The notes: generated by a model not told the origin, from the sequence alone. Positions 38,153-49,416 are shown, counted from the stretch's first letter. The stretch is 64,000 bases of DNA from Clostridia bacterium (GCA_040767365.1 JAXGOR010000003.1:135826-199825), one strand, 5' to 3'. A program made the numbers and translations.

Positions 38153-40105
38153 TTGATGTCACTGGAAAACCCTCTCGCGGGAGAAGAGCAGGATCAAACG
38201 GACCGACCGGTCAAACCTGTCAGACGTAGCCGGCCGAAGGTCAGGAAGCGCAAACGCGTCACAGCCGGTGCCAGGGGCAGGTTGCTCTTTTATGGAATTC
38301 CCGTCATTGCCCTTGTCTTGATTGTCACCCTTTTTGTTATAAAAATCGCCTCTGCCGAACAGGTTGGGGTCCCCCTTATGGACCCCGATGAACTGGAAGG
38401 GCAGGGCGGACTGATAGACCGCGACCACCCGATCCCCCTCCTGGCCGAAGACGAAGGGACAGACGGGCCCGAGATCATCGTGATACCTGAAGATGAATAT
38501 TTGATGGCGGTCGGCGAAACGGGAAGCCCGGATGATGAGGATCCGGATCCATCCCTTGCCTCGGTCGAGACCTTGACCAGGCTCTATGTCAGGGAAAAAT
38601 CGATAGCCATCCATGCCGCGGCGGAGGAGACTGCCGATGTTCTGACCAAGGCCCTCCTGAACGAATGGCTCATCCAGCTTGACACGGAGGAGGGCTGGGT
38701 ATTTGTCCGAAACGCGGCCGGTATAGAGGGTTATGTGAAGGCGGACGGCGTCAGTGAAGAGCCTGTCTTCGTACCCGTGTCGGGTGAGAGCTATTATGTC
38801 CAGAACCGTCAGGTCTACGTGCGTGAAGGTCCGGGGACCAATCATCCCATTGAGGGCTTTGGCCTGCGCGGGATGACGCTGACCGTCCTGGAGGCAGGTG
38901 AGGGCTGGTCCAGGATCAGGACGGAGCACGGCCTCACCGGTTATATGCTCAACGAGCTGTTCGGTCCGGTCAAGCCGGCCAATGAGATTACGGAGCTCGA
39001 GTGTGGCCGCTACATGTACATCGATACGGAAGAGGCCAACTTGCGTGAATCGCCCTCGACCGATGCCGAGATCATCGGCGCGGCCTTCATGGATGACCGG
39101 GTCTATCAGATATCCGACAACGGCGGCTGGTCCAAGATAAGGACAGAGGGCGGGGTCGTCTCCTATGTCTTCAATCACCTGCTCAGGGAGAAGCCACCCG
39201 CCAACCCCTTTGTAAAGACCAACCGGAGCCTTTACGTCAATACCGGATCGGTCAATGTCCGCAGCTCACCGACCACGGACGCCTCGGTCATTGAAAGAAT
39301 TGAACGGGACCAGAAGGTGACGGAACTTGAGGCCAACGATACCTGGTCGAAGGTCAAGCTGGAGAGCGGAAAGATCGGCTTTATCCGGAGCGATTTGCTG
39401 ACCCATGTCACACCGCCGCCGGCTGGCTTTGAACGGGCGACCGGGGCTGTTTACGTGACGACCGGGGCGGCCAATATCCGTTCCCAGCCCAATACCAACT
39501 GCTCGATTGTGACGGTGGTCCGCCACCGGGACAAGCTGACCAAGAAGGCGGTGGGTTCTGAGTGGACCATGATCCAGACAGGCTCCGGCCAGTCAGGCTA
39601 CATATCAAATGACCTGATCTCAAGCAAACAGCCTGCCCCGCCCGCGACCGGCGGCAGCAGCGGGGGAAGCAGCTCCGGCGGCAGTAGCTCGGGTGGATCC
39701 AACGCCGGCAACAGCAGCGGCAACGCCGACTTGAGGCAGCGGGTTGTGGATATTGCCCGATCAGCCCTGGGCACACCCTACCGGCTGAGCGGGAAGAATA
39801 TGAATGCCTTCGATTGTTCTGGCCTGGTCAAATACACCTATGAAGCCATTGGTTACAAGAATATTCCGCACGGTTCCGACCCACAGGCCAGGCAACTTGG
39901 CAGCCGGGTCTCCTTCTCAGGGCGTGATTTCTCCAACCTCCTGCCCGGAGATCTGATCTTCTTCAGCAGGGGCTATGGTTACCACCATGTCGGTATATAC
40001 ATCGGCAATAACCAGATGATCCACGCGGTCAGCGGCCGTGGTGTCGTGGTGGATAATCTTCTGACCTACCCGGTGGCATCCAGGGTCAATCGGGTCCTCA
40101 ACTGA
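38153..40105 (+). CDS. Membrane-anchored NlpC/P60 peptidoglycan endopeptidase with five SH3b domains
   Basis: TM helix, five V/L-N-x-R..W..GY SH3b repeats, Gly/Ser linker, intact FDCSGL and HHVGIYIG..MIHA. Confidence 0.92.
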   Translation: MMSLENPLAGEEQDQTDRPVKPVRRSRPKVRKRKRVTAGARGRLLFYGIPVIALVLIVTLFVIKIASAEQVGVPLMDPDELEGQGGLIDRDHPIPLLAEDEGTDGPEIIVIPEDEYLMAVGETGSPDDEDPDPSLASVETLTRLYVREKSIAIHAAAEETADVLTKALLNEWLIQLDTEEGWVFVRNAAGIEGYVKADGVSEEPVFVPVSGESYYVQNRQVYVREGPGTNHPIEGFGLRGMTLTVLEAGEGWSRIRTEHGLTGYMLNELFGPVKPANEITELECGRYMYIDTEEANLRESPSTDAEIIGAAFMDDRVYQISDNGGWSKIRTEGGVVSYVFNHLLREKPPANPFVKTNRSLYVNTGSVNVRSSPTTDASVIERIERDQKVTELEANDTWSKVKLESGKIGFIRSDLLTHVTPPPAGFERATGAVYVTTGAANIRSQPNTNCSIVTVVRHRDKLTKKAVGSEWTMIQTGSGQSGYISNDLISSKQPAPPATGGSSGGSSSGGSSSGGSNAGNSSGNADLRQRVVDIARSALGTPYRLSGKNMNAFDCSGLVKYTYEAIGYKNIPHGSDPQARQLGSRVSFSGRDFSNLLPGDLIFFSRGYGYHHVGIYIGNNQMIHAVSGRGVVVDNLLTYPVASRVNRVLN

Positions 40106-40187
40106 TCGGCAGGTAAGCTTGTGAACTGGAGATGGACGCGGCGAGCAACTGCGTCCATTTTCAAATAGAGGAGATGGACGTATCAAT

Positions 40188-41177
40188 TTGAACCGGGAGA
40201 CAAACAAGGAAAGGCCGCTGATTTCGGTCGTCATCCCCTTCCATAATGAATCGGGACAGCTTGAGAGGACGCTCCGGGCTGTGTCGGATACCCTTGTCAG
40301 CACGGGCTTGGATTACGAGCTTCTGGCGGTCGATGATGGATCCCTGGACGGGACCTGGGAAGAACTCCTGGCCCTGGCCCAAGCGGACAAGGCGATCAGG
40401 CTGATCCGCCTGTCCAGGAATTTTGGCAAGGAAGCGGCCCTTTGTGCGGGTCTGGACCAGGCAAGAGGTGACGCCGTCATCGTCATGGATGGTGACCTGC
40501 AGCACCCCCCCCGTTACCTGCCGGACATGATCGCCTCCTGGCAGGAAGGCTACCAGGTCGTGGAAGGCGTGAAGGCGGGGCGGGGGGACGAATCCTGCCT
40601 GTCACGGGCGGCGGCCGGCCTTTTTTACCGGATCTTCCGCAAGTTGTCGGGCATTCAGTTGAAGAACGCCTCTGACTTCAAGCTCCTGGACCGCCGGGTC
40701 GTCGACTACTGGAAAACAATTCCGGAAAAGGATACTTTCTTTCGGGCCCTGTCCGCCTGGATGGGCTTCCGGAGGACCAGCTTCCCCTTCGTGGTCGAGG
40801 CCAGGGCCGGGGGAAAGAGTAAATGGAGCTTCAGGAAACTGGTCCGCCTTTCCGTCAACGCGTTGACCGGCTTCTCCTCCCGTCCCTTGCTCCTGATCAA
40901 CAGTGTGGGTACTTTTTTCCTCCTGGCTTTCTTCGTCCTCTCCGTCCAAACCCTGGTCAGGTATTTCCGGGGCCGGGCGGCAACAGGCTTCACAACCGTC
41001 ATCCTGCTCCAGCTTCTGATCGGCAGTCTCATCCTGATCAGCCTGGGCCTGATAGGGATCTATATCGACAGCCTCTTTCGCGAAGTCAAGGCCCGGCCGC
41101 GTTACTTCATCTCTGAAAGTTATGGCGAGCCGCCCGTCAGGGACCAGGATCATGACCAGGGCGGTATCCGGATCTGA
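40188..41177 (+). CDS. GT2 polyprenyl-phosphate glycosyltransferase (GtrB/YkoT-like)
   Basis: ISVVIPFHNE, VDDGSLD, SRNFGKEAA, MDGDLQHPP, SDFKLLDR and two C-terminal TM helices. Confidence 0.92.
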   Translation: MNRETNKERPLISVVIPFHNESGQLERTLRAVSDTLVSTGLDYELLAVDDGSLDGTWEELLALAQADKAIRLIRLSRNFGKEAALCAGLDQARGDAVIVMDGDLQHPPRYLPDMIASWQEGYQVVEGVKAGRGDESCLSRAAAGLFYRIFRKLSGIQLKNASDFKLLDRRVVDYWKTIPEKDTFFRALSAWMGFRRTSFPFVVEARAGGKSKWSFRKLVRLSVNALTGFSSRPLLLINSVGTFFLLAFFVLSVQTLVRYFRGRAATGFTTVILLQLLIGSLILISLGLIGIYIDSLFREVKARPRYFISESYGEPPVRDQDHDQGGIRI

Positions 41178-42042
41178 AGCGCCGATCGCCCGTTTCCTCC
41201 GCGAAGCCACGGAGGCGGGGGCTGTCGACTTCCATCTGCATTCAAGCTTCTCGGACGGGGCCCAAACACCTGAAGAACTGGTGGCGGAGGCTCTGGTCAA
41301 CGGCCTGCGGGCCTTCTCACTGACAGATCATGACAGCATGGCCGGCATACCGGCTGTTCGCGAGGCCCTGAGCCTTACTCCCCAGGCTGGAAGACCTGTC
41401 TTTGTGGCGGGGGTCGAGTGCAGTGCCCGCTATCTGGACCAGGAGGTCCATCTGCTCGGCTACTTCGAGGAGGACCAGCCGGCGGACATGATGGCCTATC
41501 TTGAAAAATTGGCCGCGGACAGGGAAAGGCGCAACCGGGCCATGGTCGAAAAGCTGCGGGATCTTGGCTACGGGATCAGCTATGAGGATCTATACCGGCA
41601 CGGCCATTCGCGTACCATGGCCGGGCGGGCCCATATGGCGCTATGGTTGGTTGAGGAAGCGGGATTCGCCTCGATTGAAGAGGCCTTCCAAGAGCTTCTG
41701 AATGAGGGGCGGCCAGCCTTTGTTTACCGGGAGCGTCGTCTGGTCCCTGAGATCGTCCAGGTCATCCGGCAATCGGGCGGGGTGGTGGTCCTGGCGCACC
41801 CCCAGCAGTATGGCTGGTACAGGGCTGGGCTGGAGGCCGGGGAAGCGGCCGGCCTGGTTGCCCATTTCAAGTATTTCCGCCAGGCAGGTGTCGGCGGGAT
41901 CGAATGTTTCCACGGACAGGCGTCAGCACGGGAAGCGCGCCACCTGCGTGAGATTGCCCGCCAGCTGGATATGTTCTGTACAGCGGGTTCCGACAGCCAT
42001 GGTAGGGAGGACCAGCACGCCCCCATGTACCGTGACGGGTGA
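41152..42042 (+). CDS. PHP-domain phosphoesterase (TrpH/YciV-like)
   Basis: DFHLHSSFSDG, LTDHDS, GVECS, VHLLGY, GRAH, LAHP and GSDSHG; start uncertain (41122 or 41152). Confidence 0.9.
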   Translation: MTRAVSGSEAPIARFLREATEAGAVDFHLHSSFSDGAQTPEELVAEALVNGLRAFSLTDHDSMAGIPAVREALSLTPQAGRPVFVAGVECSARYLDQEVHLLGYFEEDQPADMMAYLEKLAADRERRNRAMVEKLRDLGYGISYEDLYRHGHSRTMAGRAHMALWLVEEAGFASIEEAFQELLNEGRPAFVYRERRLVPEIVQVIRQSGGVVVLAHPQQYGWYRAGLEAGEAAGLVAHFKYFRQAGVGGIECFHGQASAREARHLREIARQLDMFCTAGSDSHGREDQHAPMYRDG

Positions 42043-42229
42043 GGCGGCCTTGGGGACGGTCAAATTGAAGGCCGCCCAGGAGAAAAACTGAAATGAAATA
42101 GGCGAATTGTCAGCTGAATTATTCCGGTCCTGGCGTTACATTTAAGAGGGCGCGCCTTGACGCGTTGAATTATTGTAGGATAGCAGGGCCTGCCCTTGCG
42201 GGCGGCAAATCATTCAAAAGGGGTTTGGC

Positions 42230-44164
42230 ATGATCATTTATGACAAGAAGACGATCGACGAGGTGGAAGTTAAGGGCAAGCGGGTCTTGTTGCGGGCCGA
42301 GTTCAACGTTCCCCTCGACAAGAAGACCGGGGAAATTTCAGATGACCGCCGGATAAGGGCGGCCTTGCCGACGATCCGGTCCTTGGTCGACCGGGGCGCC
42401 AAGCTCATCATAGTCTCGCACCTGGGCCGGCCCAAGGGCTTTGACCCCGCCTTCTCCCTGAAACCCGTGGCTGAACGGCTGTCGGACCTGCTGGGCAAGC
42501 CGGTGACCCTGGCCGACGATGTGATCGGGAGCCCGGGCCAAGGCCTTGGCCCGGGGGAGGGTGAGCCGCTTCTTCTGGAAAATGTGCGTTTCCATAAGGA
42601 AGAGACAAAGAACGACCCGGCCTTTGCCCGTAAACTCGCCGGCCTGGCGGAGCTTTACGCCAGCGATGCCTTCGGTGTTGTCCACCGGGCGCACGCCTCC
42701 ACGGCGGGGGTCGCTTCTTTTCTGCCCGGCCTGGCCGGCTATACCATCAACCGGGAACTTGAGATGCTGGGGAGGGCCGTGAGTGATCCCAAGCGGCCGC
42801 TGACGGCTATCCTGGGAGGCTCCAAGGTATCGGACAAGATCGGCGTCATAAAGAACCTGATCAATAATGTGGACAATCTCCTGATCGGCGGCGGCATGGC
42901 CTACACCTTCCAGGCGGCCAAGGGCTGGCCGGTGGGCAGCTCGATCTGTGAAAGCGACAAGCTGGACCTGGCCCGGGAACTCATGGCCCTGGCCGAGGAA
43001 AAAGGGGTCAGGCTCCTGCTGCCTGTCGACACAACCGTTTCCGACAGGTACGCGGAGGATGCCACACCGATGATCGTCCCTTCCAACCAGATCCCCGACG
43101 ACATGATGGGTATGGGGATTGGACCGGAGACAGCCAAAAGCTATGGTGAAATCGCCGCCGCTTCCGGCACGGTCGTCTGGAACGGCCCGGTTGATGTCTT
43201 CGAATTTGAGGCCTTCAGCCGGTCAACCCAGACCGTGGCCAAGGCCATCGCAGAATCAGAGGTCATCTCCATCATCGGTGGCGGCGACTCGGCGGCCGCC
43301 GTCGAAAGGATGGGCTTCGCTGACAGGATGACCCATATCTCCACCGGGGGCGGCGCTGCCCTGGAATTTCTGGAAGGTAAGGTCCTGCCCGGCATCGATT
43401 GCCTGCTCGACCGGGATCCCCGGGCCCGGGTGGTGGCCGGTAACTGGAAGATGAACTACGGGGTTCCCGCGGAGGCGACAGCCTTCCTGGATCGATTGAA
43501 GCCTCTGGTCACCAGCGCGTCCGCCAAGCTCATTGCCGCCGTCCCCTACACGGTGCTGGAAGCCGCCCTGTCAACCTGCGCGGGATCGCCGGTCCGGGTC
43601 GCGGCCCAGGACGGCCATCCGGTCGACCAGGGCGCCTACACGGGGGAGATCTCCATGAGGATGCTGGCGGAGATGCATGTTCCCTACGTACTTATTGGCC
43701 ATTCGGAACGCCGGGCCTATAACGGGGAGACCGATGAGCTTGTGAATGCCAAGTTGAAGGCGGCGCTTGCCTGGGGGGTTCGTCCCATCGTCTGTTGCGG
43801 GGAGACCAAGGCCCAGCGGGCGGCCGGGGAGACGGAGACCCTGCTGGAAAAACAGATCAGGGCAGCCTTTGATGGCATCGGCGAAAACTCGCTTTGCCAG
43901 ATCATGGTCGCTTACGAGCCGGTCTGGGCCATCGGGACGGGCGATACGGCGACAGAGGGACAGGCTGAGGAAGCCTGCGCCTATATCCGCCGCCTGCTGG
44001 CTGACCTCTACGGTGGGGAAGCCGATTACGTCAAAATCCTTTACGGCGGTTCGATCAAGGCCGGGAACGCGGCCGGCCTCTTCGCCCAGCCGCATGTCGA
44101 TGGCGGGCTTGTCGGGGGCGCCTCGCTCCAGGCGGAGGACTTCGCCGCCATCGCCGGGGGATAA
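42230..44164 (+). CDS. pgk-tpiA: In-frame phosphoglycerate kinase / triosephosphate isomerase fusion
   Basis: PGK half: SHLGRP, LENVRF, HRAHAS, GGGDS, STGGGA. TIM half: [43 protein letters not shown]. Confidence 0.95.
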   Translation: MIIYDKKTIDEVEVKGKRVLLRAEFNVPLDKKTGEISDDRRIRAALPTIRSLVDRGAKLIIVSHLGRPKGFDPAFSLKPVAERLSDLLGKPVTLADDVIGSPGQGLGPGEGEPLLLENVRFHKEETKNDPAFARKLAGLAELYASDAFGVVHRAHASTAGVASFLPGLAGYTINRELEMLGRAVSDPKRPLTAILGGSKVSDKIGVIKNLINNVDNLLIGGGMAYTFQAAKGWPVGSSICESDKLDLARELMALAEEKGVRLLLPVDTTVSDRYAEDATPMIVPSNQIPDDMMGMGIGPETAKSYGEIAAASGTVVWNGPVDVFEFEAFSRSTQTVAKAIAESEVISIIGGGDSAAAVERMGFADRMTHISTGGGAALEFLEGKVLPGIDCLLDRDPRARVVAGNWKMNYGVPAEATAFLDRLKPLVTSASAKLIAAVPYTVLEAALSTCAGSPVRVAAQDGHPVDQGAYTGEISMRMLAEMHVPYVLIGHSERRAYNGETDELVNAKLKAALAWGVRPIVCCGETKAQRAAGETETLLEKQIRAAFDGIGENSLCQIMVAYEPVWAIGTGDTATEGQAEEACAYIRRLLADLYGGEADYVKILYGGSIKAGNAAGLFAQPHVDGGLVGGASLQAEDFAAIAGG

Positions 44165-44167
44165 CTT

Positions 44168-45729
44168 ATGAGAACAGGACCCAAGGGACCGGTCGCCCTC
44201 TTGATCCTTGACGGCTGGGGCATTTCGGAAAAAGAGGAAGGCAACGCCGTCCTGGCGGCCAGGACCCCCTGCCTGGATAGTCTGTCGGAAAAATGGCCCT
44301 GCTCGGTCATCCAGACAAGCGGCAGTCATGTGGGGCTCCCGGACGGCCAGATGGGCAACTCGGAGGTGGGCCATACCAATATAGGGGCGGGGAGGGTCGT
44401 CTACCAGGACCTGCTCAGGATCAGCAAGGCGATTGAAGAAGGTAGCTTCTTTGAAAACCCGGCTCTCCTGTGGGCCATGCGCCGGGCGGCTGAGAGACAA
44501 GCCACCCTGCACCTGGCCGGTCTCCTCTCGGACGGCGGTGTCCACAGCCACCTGAACCATCTCCTGGCCCTGGTGGATATGGCCAGGGAAAACCAGATCA
44601 AGGACCTGGCCATCCACGCCTTCTTTGACGGACGGGACACCGGGCCTGAGTCGGGCGCGGGCTACCTGGAGACGCTTTTGGCCCATCTTGAAAAAGTGGG
44701 GCTCGGACGTGTCGCGACCCTGTCGGGCCGCTATTACGCCATGGATCGTGACAACCGCTGGGACCGGGTGGAGAAAGCCTACCGTGCCCTGACAGCGGAA
44801 GCTTTCGAAGGGGAGCGGGCCCTTGATCCGCTTGCCGCCGTCAGGGCCTCCTATGCCCGGGGCGTGACCGATGAATTCATTGTCCCGGTCCTGATCACGG
44901 AGCCGGACGGGAGGCCTGTCGCCCCTGTCAAGCCAGGGGACAGCTTCATCTTCTTCAACTTCAGGCCCGACCGGGCGCGTGAATTGACCCGGGCCTTCTG
45001 TGAGCCCGCTTTCGACAAATTTCCGGTCGCTCAGTCCCCCCTGGGCCTTGCCTACGTAGGCATGGCCGAATACAGCGCGGACTTTGAATCTTTTGACGAT
45101 TACCGGACCGCCTATCCACCCGAACGATTGACAGGGGTCCTGGGAGAGGTGGTGTCGGAGGCCGGTCTGACCCAGCTCCGGATTGCCGAGACGGAAAAAT
45201 ACGCCCATGTGACCTTTTTCCTCAACGGTGGCCGGGAGGAAGCCTTTGCCGGTGAGGAAAGGATCCTGGTGCCCTCGCCTGCCGTCGCCACCTATGATCT
45301 GCAACCGGAGATGAGCGCGCCGGAGGTGACGGACCGCCTGCTCGCCGCCCTGGCCGACCAGCCGCCTGACGTGATCATCCTGAACTTCGCCAATGGCGAC
45401 ATGATTGGGCACACAGGGATCTTTGACGCGGCTGTCAAGGCCCTGGAAACCGTCGACCGCTGCTTGTCCCGGATTGTTCCTGCCATCCTGGAGCGGGGCG
45501 GGGTTGCCCTGATCACCGCTGACCATGGGAACCTGGAGGAGATGGTGGAGCCGGGGCAGGGTGGCCCTTCACGGCCCATACCACCAACCCGGTCAAACTG
45601 ATCGGGGCAGGGCTGGTAAGCGGCTGCCTGAGGGACGGAAGACTGGCGGACCTGGCGCCTACCATGCTGGATATCCTGGGGCTTGAAAGGCCCGGGGAAA
45701 TGACGGGGCGGTCGCTCTGGGACCGGTAG
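44168..45729 (+). CDS. gpmI: 2,3-BPG-independent phosphoglycerate mutase, with a -1 frameshift at 45565-45567
   Basis: [32 protein letters not shown] and ADHGN in frame. After the shift the sequence reads [25 protein letters not shown]-stop at 45729. Confidence 0.92.
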
Positions 45730-45814
45730 CCACCAGGCCGGAGGGGGCCTGCCTTCGTGATATACTGATTTGGCCGGGCCTATTTCAGCGCCCACTAAAA
45801 ACAGGGAGATAAAA

Positions 45815-48800
45815 ATGCCAAAAAACAAAACTTTTGTGACGATGGATGGGAACACCGCCGCGGCCTACGCGTCATATGCCTTTACGGAAGTGGCAGGTAT
45901 TTATCCGATTACACCTTCATCCGGTATGGCGGACAGCGTTGACCAGTGGTCGCAACAGGGGCGCAAAAATGTCTTCGGCCAAAGTGTCCAGGTGATTGAG
46001 ATGCAGTCTGAGGGAGGGGCCGCCGGTCTGGTCCACGGCTCGCTTGCGACGGGGGCCTTGACGACGACCTATACGGCCTCACAGGGCCTGCTCCTTATGG
46101 TCCCCAACATGTACAAGATGGCGGGGGAACTGCTGCCGGCCGTCTTCCACGTTACCGCCCGGTCCATCGCCGGCCATGCCCTGTCGATTTTCGGTGACCA
46201 TGGTGACATCATGGCGGCCCGCCAGACGGGTTTTGCCATCCTGGCCTCACACGGGGTCCAGTCCGCCATGGACCTGGGGGTCGTGGCGCATCTGTCGGCC
46301 ATCAAGGGCAGTGTGCCCTTTGTCCATTTCTTCGACGGTTTCAGGACTTCGCATGAGATCCAGAAGGTCGAACAGCTGGACTATGCCGATCTGGCGGACC
46401 TGGTGGATATGGAGGCGGTCAATGCCTTCAGGAAGCGGGGCCTGACCCCCAACGATCCCTGCCTTCGCGGTTCGGCCCAGAATCCGGATATCTTTTTCCA
46501 GATGAAGGAGGCCCCCAATAAATACTATCTCGAGCTCCCCCAAGTGGTTGAGCACTATATGGAGGAGATAGGCAAGCTGACAGGCCGTGTCTACAAACCC
46601 TTCGTTTATTACGGCGACCCCGAGGCGGAGGAAATCATTGTCTGCATGGGATCGGTCTATGACACCATCTGTGAGACCGTTGATTACCTCAACTGCCAGG
46701 GCCGGAAAACAGGGGTGGTCCACGTCCACCTCTTCAGGCCCTTCTGCTCCGACCTCCTGCTTGAGGCCATCCCGGAGACGGTCAGGCGGATCGCTGTCCT
46801 GGACCGTTCAAAGGAGCCGGGCGCCCCGGGCGAAGCCCTCTATCTTGACGTTGTCTCAGCGGTCTCCTGCGCCGACAGGCCGGTGACCGTATCGGGCGGC
46901 CGGTACGGACTGGGTTCAAAGGATACCACCCCCTCCCAGATAAATGCCGTCTATGAGATGCTGGCCGCGGGCAATACCAAGCCTGAATTCACAATCGGCA
47001 TCACCGATGACGTGACCGACCTTTCCTTGCCCGTCACCGAATCACTCCAGGTGTCACCGGAAGGCACCTTCGCGGCCCGTTTCTGGGGACTGGGATCCGA
47101 CGGGACCGTCGGCGCCAACCAGAACTCCATCAAGATCATCGGCGACAATACGCCCATGTACGCGCAGGCCTATTTCTCCTATGATTCCAAGAAATCAGGC
47201 GGGGTGACCATATCCGATCTCCGCTTCGGCAATTCGCCTATCCGGGCCCCCTATCTGGTTGAAAAAGCCGACTTCGTCGCCTGCCACAACCAGGCTTATC
47301 TTGATAAGTACGACATGCTCAAGGTCCTGAAAAAAGGCGGTTCCTTCCTGCTCAATACGACCAGGAGCGAAGCGGAACTCGACGGATTCCTGCCGGGCCA
47401 GGTCAAACGCTATCTGGCCGAAAACGATATCAAGCTCTATATCATCGATGCCGTTGACATCGCCGAGAAGCTGGGCCTGGGGACCCGGATCAATACCATC
47501 TGCCAGGCGGCCTTCTTCAAGATCAGCGAGGTCATCCCTGTTGATGAGGCGGTCAAGCACATGAAGGAGGCCATCGCCCGTTCCTACGGTGACCAGGGCG
47601 AAGAGGTGGTCCGCATGAACAACAGTGCCGTGGACGCCGGCATCCAGCAAATCCAGCAGGTCGAAGTCCCGGCCCATTGGCGTGAGGCTGAGGACAGGCC
47701 GGTCAAGTTGCTTGAAGCGCCTGATTTCGTGCTCAACATAGCCCAGGTCATGAACCGGCAGGAGGGCGACAGCCTTCCCGTATCGGCCTTCATGGACCAT
47801 GTCGACGGCAGTCTGCCCCAGTCGACTTCACAGTATGAGAAGCGGGGTATCGCCGTCAATGTTCCCCGCTGGATTCCCGACAACTGCATCCAGTGCAACC
47901 AGTGTGCCTATGTCTGCCCCCACGCGGTCATCCGCCCCTTCCTCCTGACAGGGGAAGAAGCGGAAAACGCGCCTGACAGTTTCGAGACGGTCCAGGGCAT
48001 GCGCCCCTACGATCAGTACCGGTTCCGGATCCAGATCTCGGCGCTCGATTGCACCGGCTGTGGCTCCTGCGCCCAGGTCTGTCCCGCCAAGGAGAAGGCC
48101 CTGGTCATGGAGCCGCTCGAGGAGCATCGCCTGGAGGCCGACCACTGGGAGTTCGCCCAGACCCTGTCGAGAAAACCCAACCCCCTGAACAAGATGACCG
48201 TCAAGGGCAGCCAGTTCGAGCGGCCCCTGCTCGAGTTCTCAGGCGCCTGTGCCGGTTGTGGCGAGACGCCCTATGTCCGGCTGGCGACTCAGCTTTTCGG
48301 TGACCGGATGATGATCGCCAACGCGACGGGCTGCTCCTCCATTTGGGGAGGCTCCGCCCCCTCCATGCCCTATTGCGTCAATGAGGACGGGTTCGGCCCC
48401 TCCTGGGCCAACTCCCTCTTTGAAGACAATGCCGAGTATGGGTTGGGAATGCACCTGGGGGTCAAGCAGCTCCGTGACCGGGTAACGGACTATGTCAGGG
48501 AGCTGGCTGAAGTCAAGGATATCCCGGGAGCGCTCAGCGAATCGATAGCCAACTGGCTGGACAAAAAGGATGAGAAGGAGGGGGCGCGCGGCGTCGCCTC
48601 CCGGTTCATCCTGGATCTTGACGAGGCGGAGCTTGCCGGCGAGGCCGCGGAACTCCGTGACAGGATCCTGGAGCTCAAGGACTATCTGATGCTCCGCTCG
48701 ACCTGGATCATCGGCGGTGACGGCTGGGCTTACGATATCGGCTACGGGGGGCTGGACCATGTCCTGGCCTCCGGTGAGGACGTCAACGTCCTGGTGCTGG

Positions 48801-49354
48801 ATACGGAAGTCTATTCAAATACGGGAGGACAGGCCTCCAAGGCAACCCAGCTCGGCGCTGTCGCGCAATTCGCGGCAGGCGGCAAGGCCTTGAAGAAAAA
48901 GGACCTGGGCCTCATGGCCATGACCTACGGCTATGTCTATGTGGCCCAGATCGCCATGGGGGCCAGCCAGGCACACACCTTGCGCGCCTTGCGCGAAGCG
49001 GAAGCCTGGAATGGACCTTCAATAGTCATCGCCTATTCACCCTGCATCAACCATGGCATCCGGGGAGGCATGGCCTTGTCGCAGGAGCGTGAGAAAGACG
49101 CGGTGGAGACAGGTTACTGGCATCTCTGGCGTTACAATCCGGCCGTCCTGGCGGAGGATCCCGAAAAGAATCCCTTCAGCCTGGATTCCAAGGCGCCGAC
49201 ACGTGACTACACCGATTTCCTGAGACAGGAGGTCCGCTATACCTCCCTGTTCAAGAAGTATCCGGAAGAGGAGGTTGAAGCCATCTTCGCCCGTGCCCGC
49301 GAGGCAGCCGAGGAGCGCTACCAATCCTATCTCCGGCTGACGGACCCTAAGTAG
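45815..49354 (+). CDS. nifJ: Pyruvate:ferredoxin (flavodoxin) oxidoreductase
   Basis: YPITPSS, EMQSEGGAAG, FFDGFRTSHE, GGRYGLGSKD, two CxxCxxCxxxCP motifs, NATGCSSIWGG, GGDGWAYDIG. Confidence 0.98.
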   Translation: MPKNKTFVTMDGNTAAAYASYAFTEVAGIYPITPSSGMADSVDQWSQQGRKNVFGQSVQVIEMQSEGGAAGLVHGSLATGALTTTYTASQGLLLMVPNMYKMAGELLPAVFHVTARSIAGHALSIFGDHGDIMAARQTGFAILASHGVQSAMDLGVVAHLSAIKGSVPFVHFFDGFRTSHEIQKVEQLDYADLADLVDMEAVNAFRKRGLTPNDPCLRGSAQNPDIFFQMKEAPNKYYLELPQVVEHYMEEIGKLTGRVYKPFVYYGDPEAEEIIVCMGSVYDTICETVDYLNCQGRKTGVVHVHLFRPFCSDLLLEAIPETVRRIAVLDRSKEPGAPGEALYLDVVSAVSCADRPVTVSGGRYGLGSKDTTPSQINAVYEMLAAGNTKPEFTIGITDDVTDLSLPVTESLQVSPEGTFAARFWGLGSDGTVGANQNSIKIIGDNTPMYAQAYFSYDSKKSGGVTISDLRFGNSPIRAPYLVEKADFVACHNQAYLDKYDMLKVLKKGGSFLLNTTRSEAELDGFLPGQVKRYLAENDIKLYIIDAVDIAEKLGLGTRINTICQAAFFKISEVIPVDEAVKHMKEAIARSYGDQGEEVVRMNNSAVDAGIQQIQQVEVPAHWREAEDRPVKLLEAPDFVLNIAQVMNRQEGDSLPVSAFMDHVDGSLPQSTSQYEKRGIAVNVPRWIPDNCIQCNQCAYVCPHAVIRPFLLTGEEAENAPDSFETVQGMRPYDQYRFRIQISALDCTGCGSCAQVCPAKEKALVMEPLEEHRLEADHWEFAQTLSRKPNPLNKMTVKGSQFERPLLEFSGACAGCGETPYVRLATQLFGDRMMIANATGCSSIWGGSAPSMPYCVNEDGFGPSWANSLFEDNAEYGLGMHLGVKQLRDRVTDYVRELAEVKDIPGALSESIANWLDKKDEKEGARGVASRFILDLDEAELAGEAAELRDRILELKDYLMLRSTWIIGGDGWAYDIGYGGLDHVLASGEDVNVLVLDTEVYSNTGGQASKATQLGAVAQFAAGGKALKKKDLGLMAMTYGYVYVAQIAMGASQAHTLRALREAEAWNGPSIVIAYSPCINHGIRGGMALSQEREKDAVETGYWHLWRYNPAVLAEDPEKNPFSLDSKAPTRDYTDFLRQEVRYTSLFKKYPEEEVEAIFARAREAAEERYQSYLRLTDPK

Positions 49355-49383
49355 GCCCTGGGAAAATTTCGTTTTGAATCAGA

Positions 49384-49416
49384 TGAGGGGAGGAGGGCCC
49401 GTGGGTCCTCCCCCCT
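49384..49416 (+). terminator. GC-rich hairpin after nifJ
   Basis: GAGGGGAGGAGGGCCC-GT-GGGTCCTCCCCCCTC; no clear U-tract. Confidence 0.4.

Noticed and set aside
39640-39725. GGC/AGC-rich tandem repeat
   Set aside because: Encodes the Gly/Ser linker of the NlpC/P60 protein; ordinary low-complexity coding sequence.
42115-42174. Direct repeat TGAATTATT x2 upstream of pgk-tpiA as a regulator site
   Set aside because: Only 9 bp, AT-rich, and no cognate regulator nearby; too weak to support.
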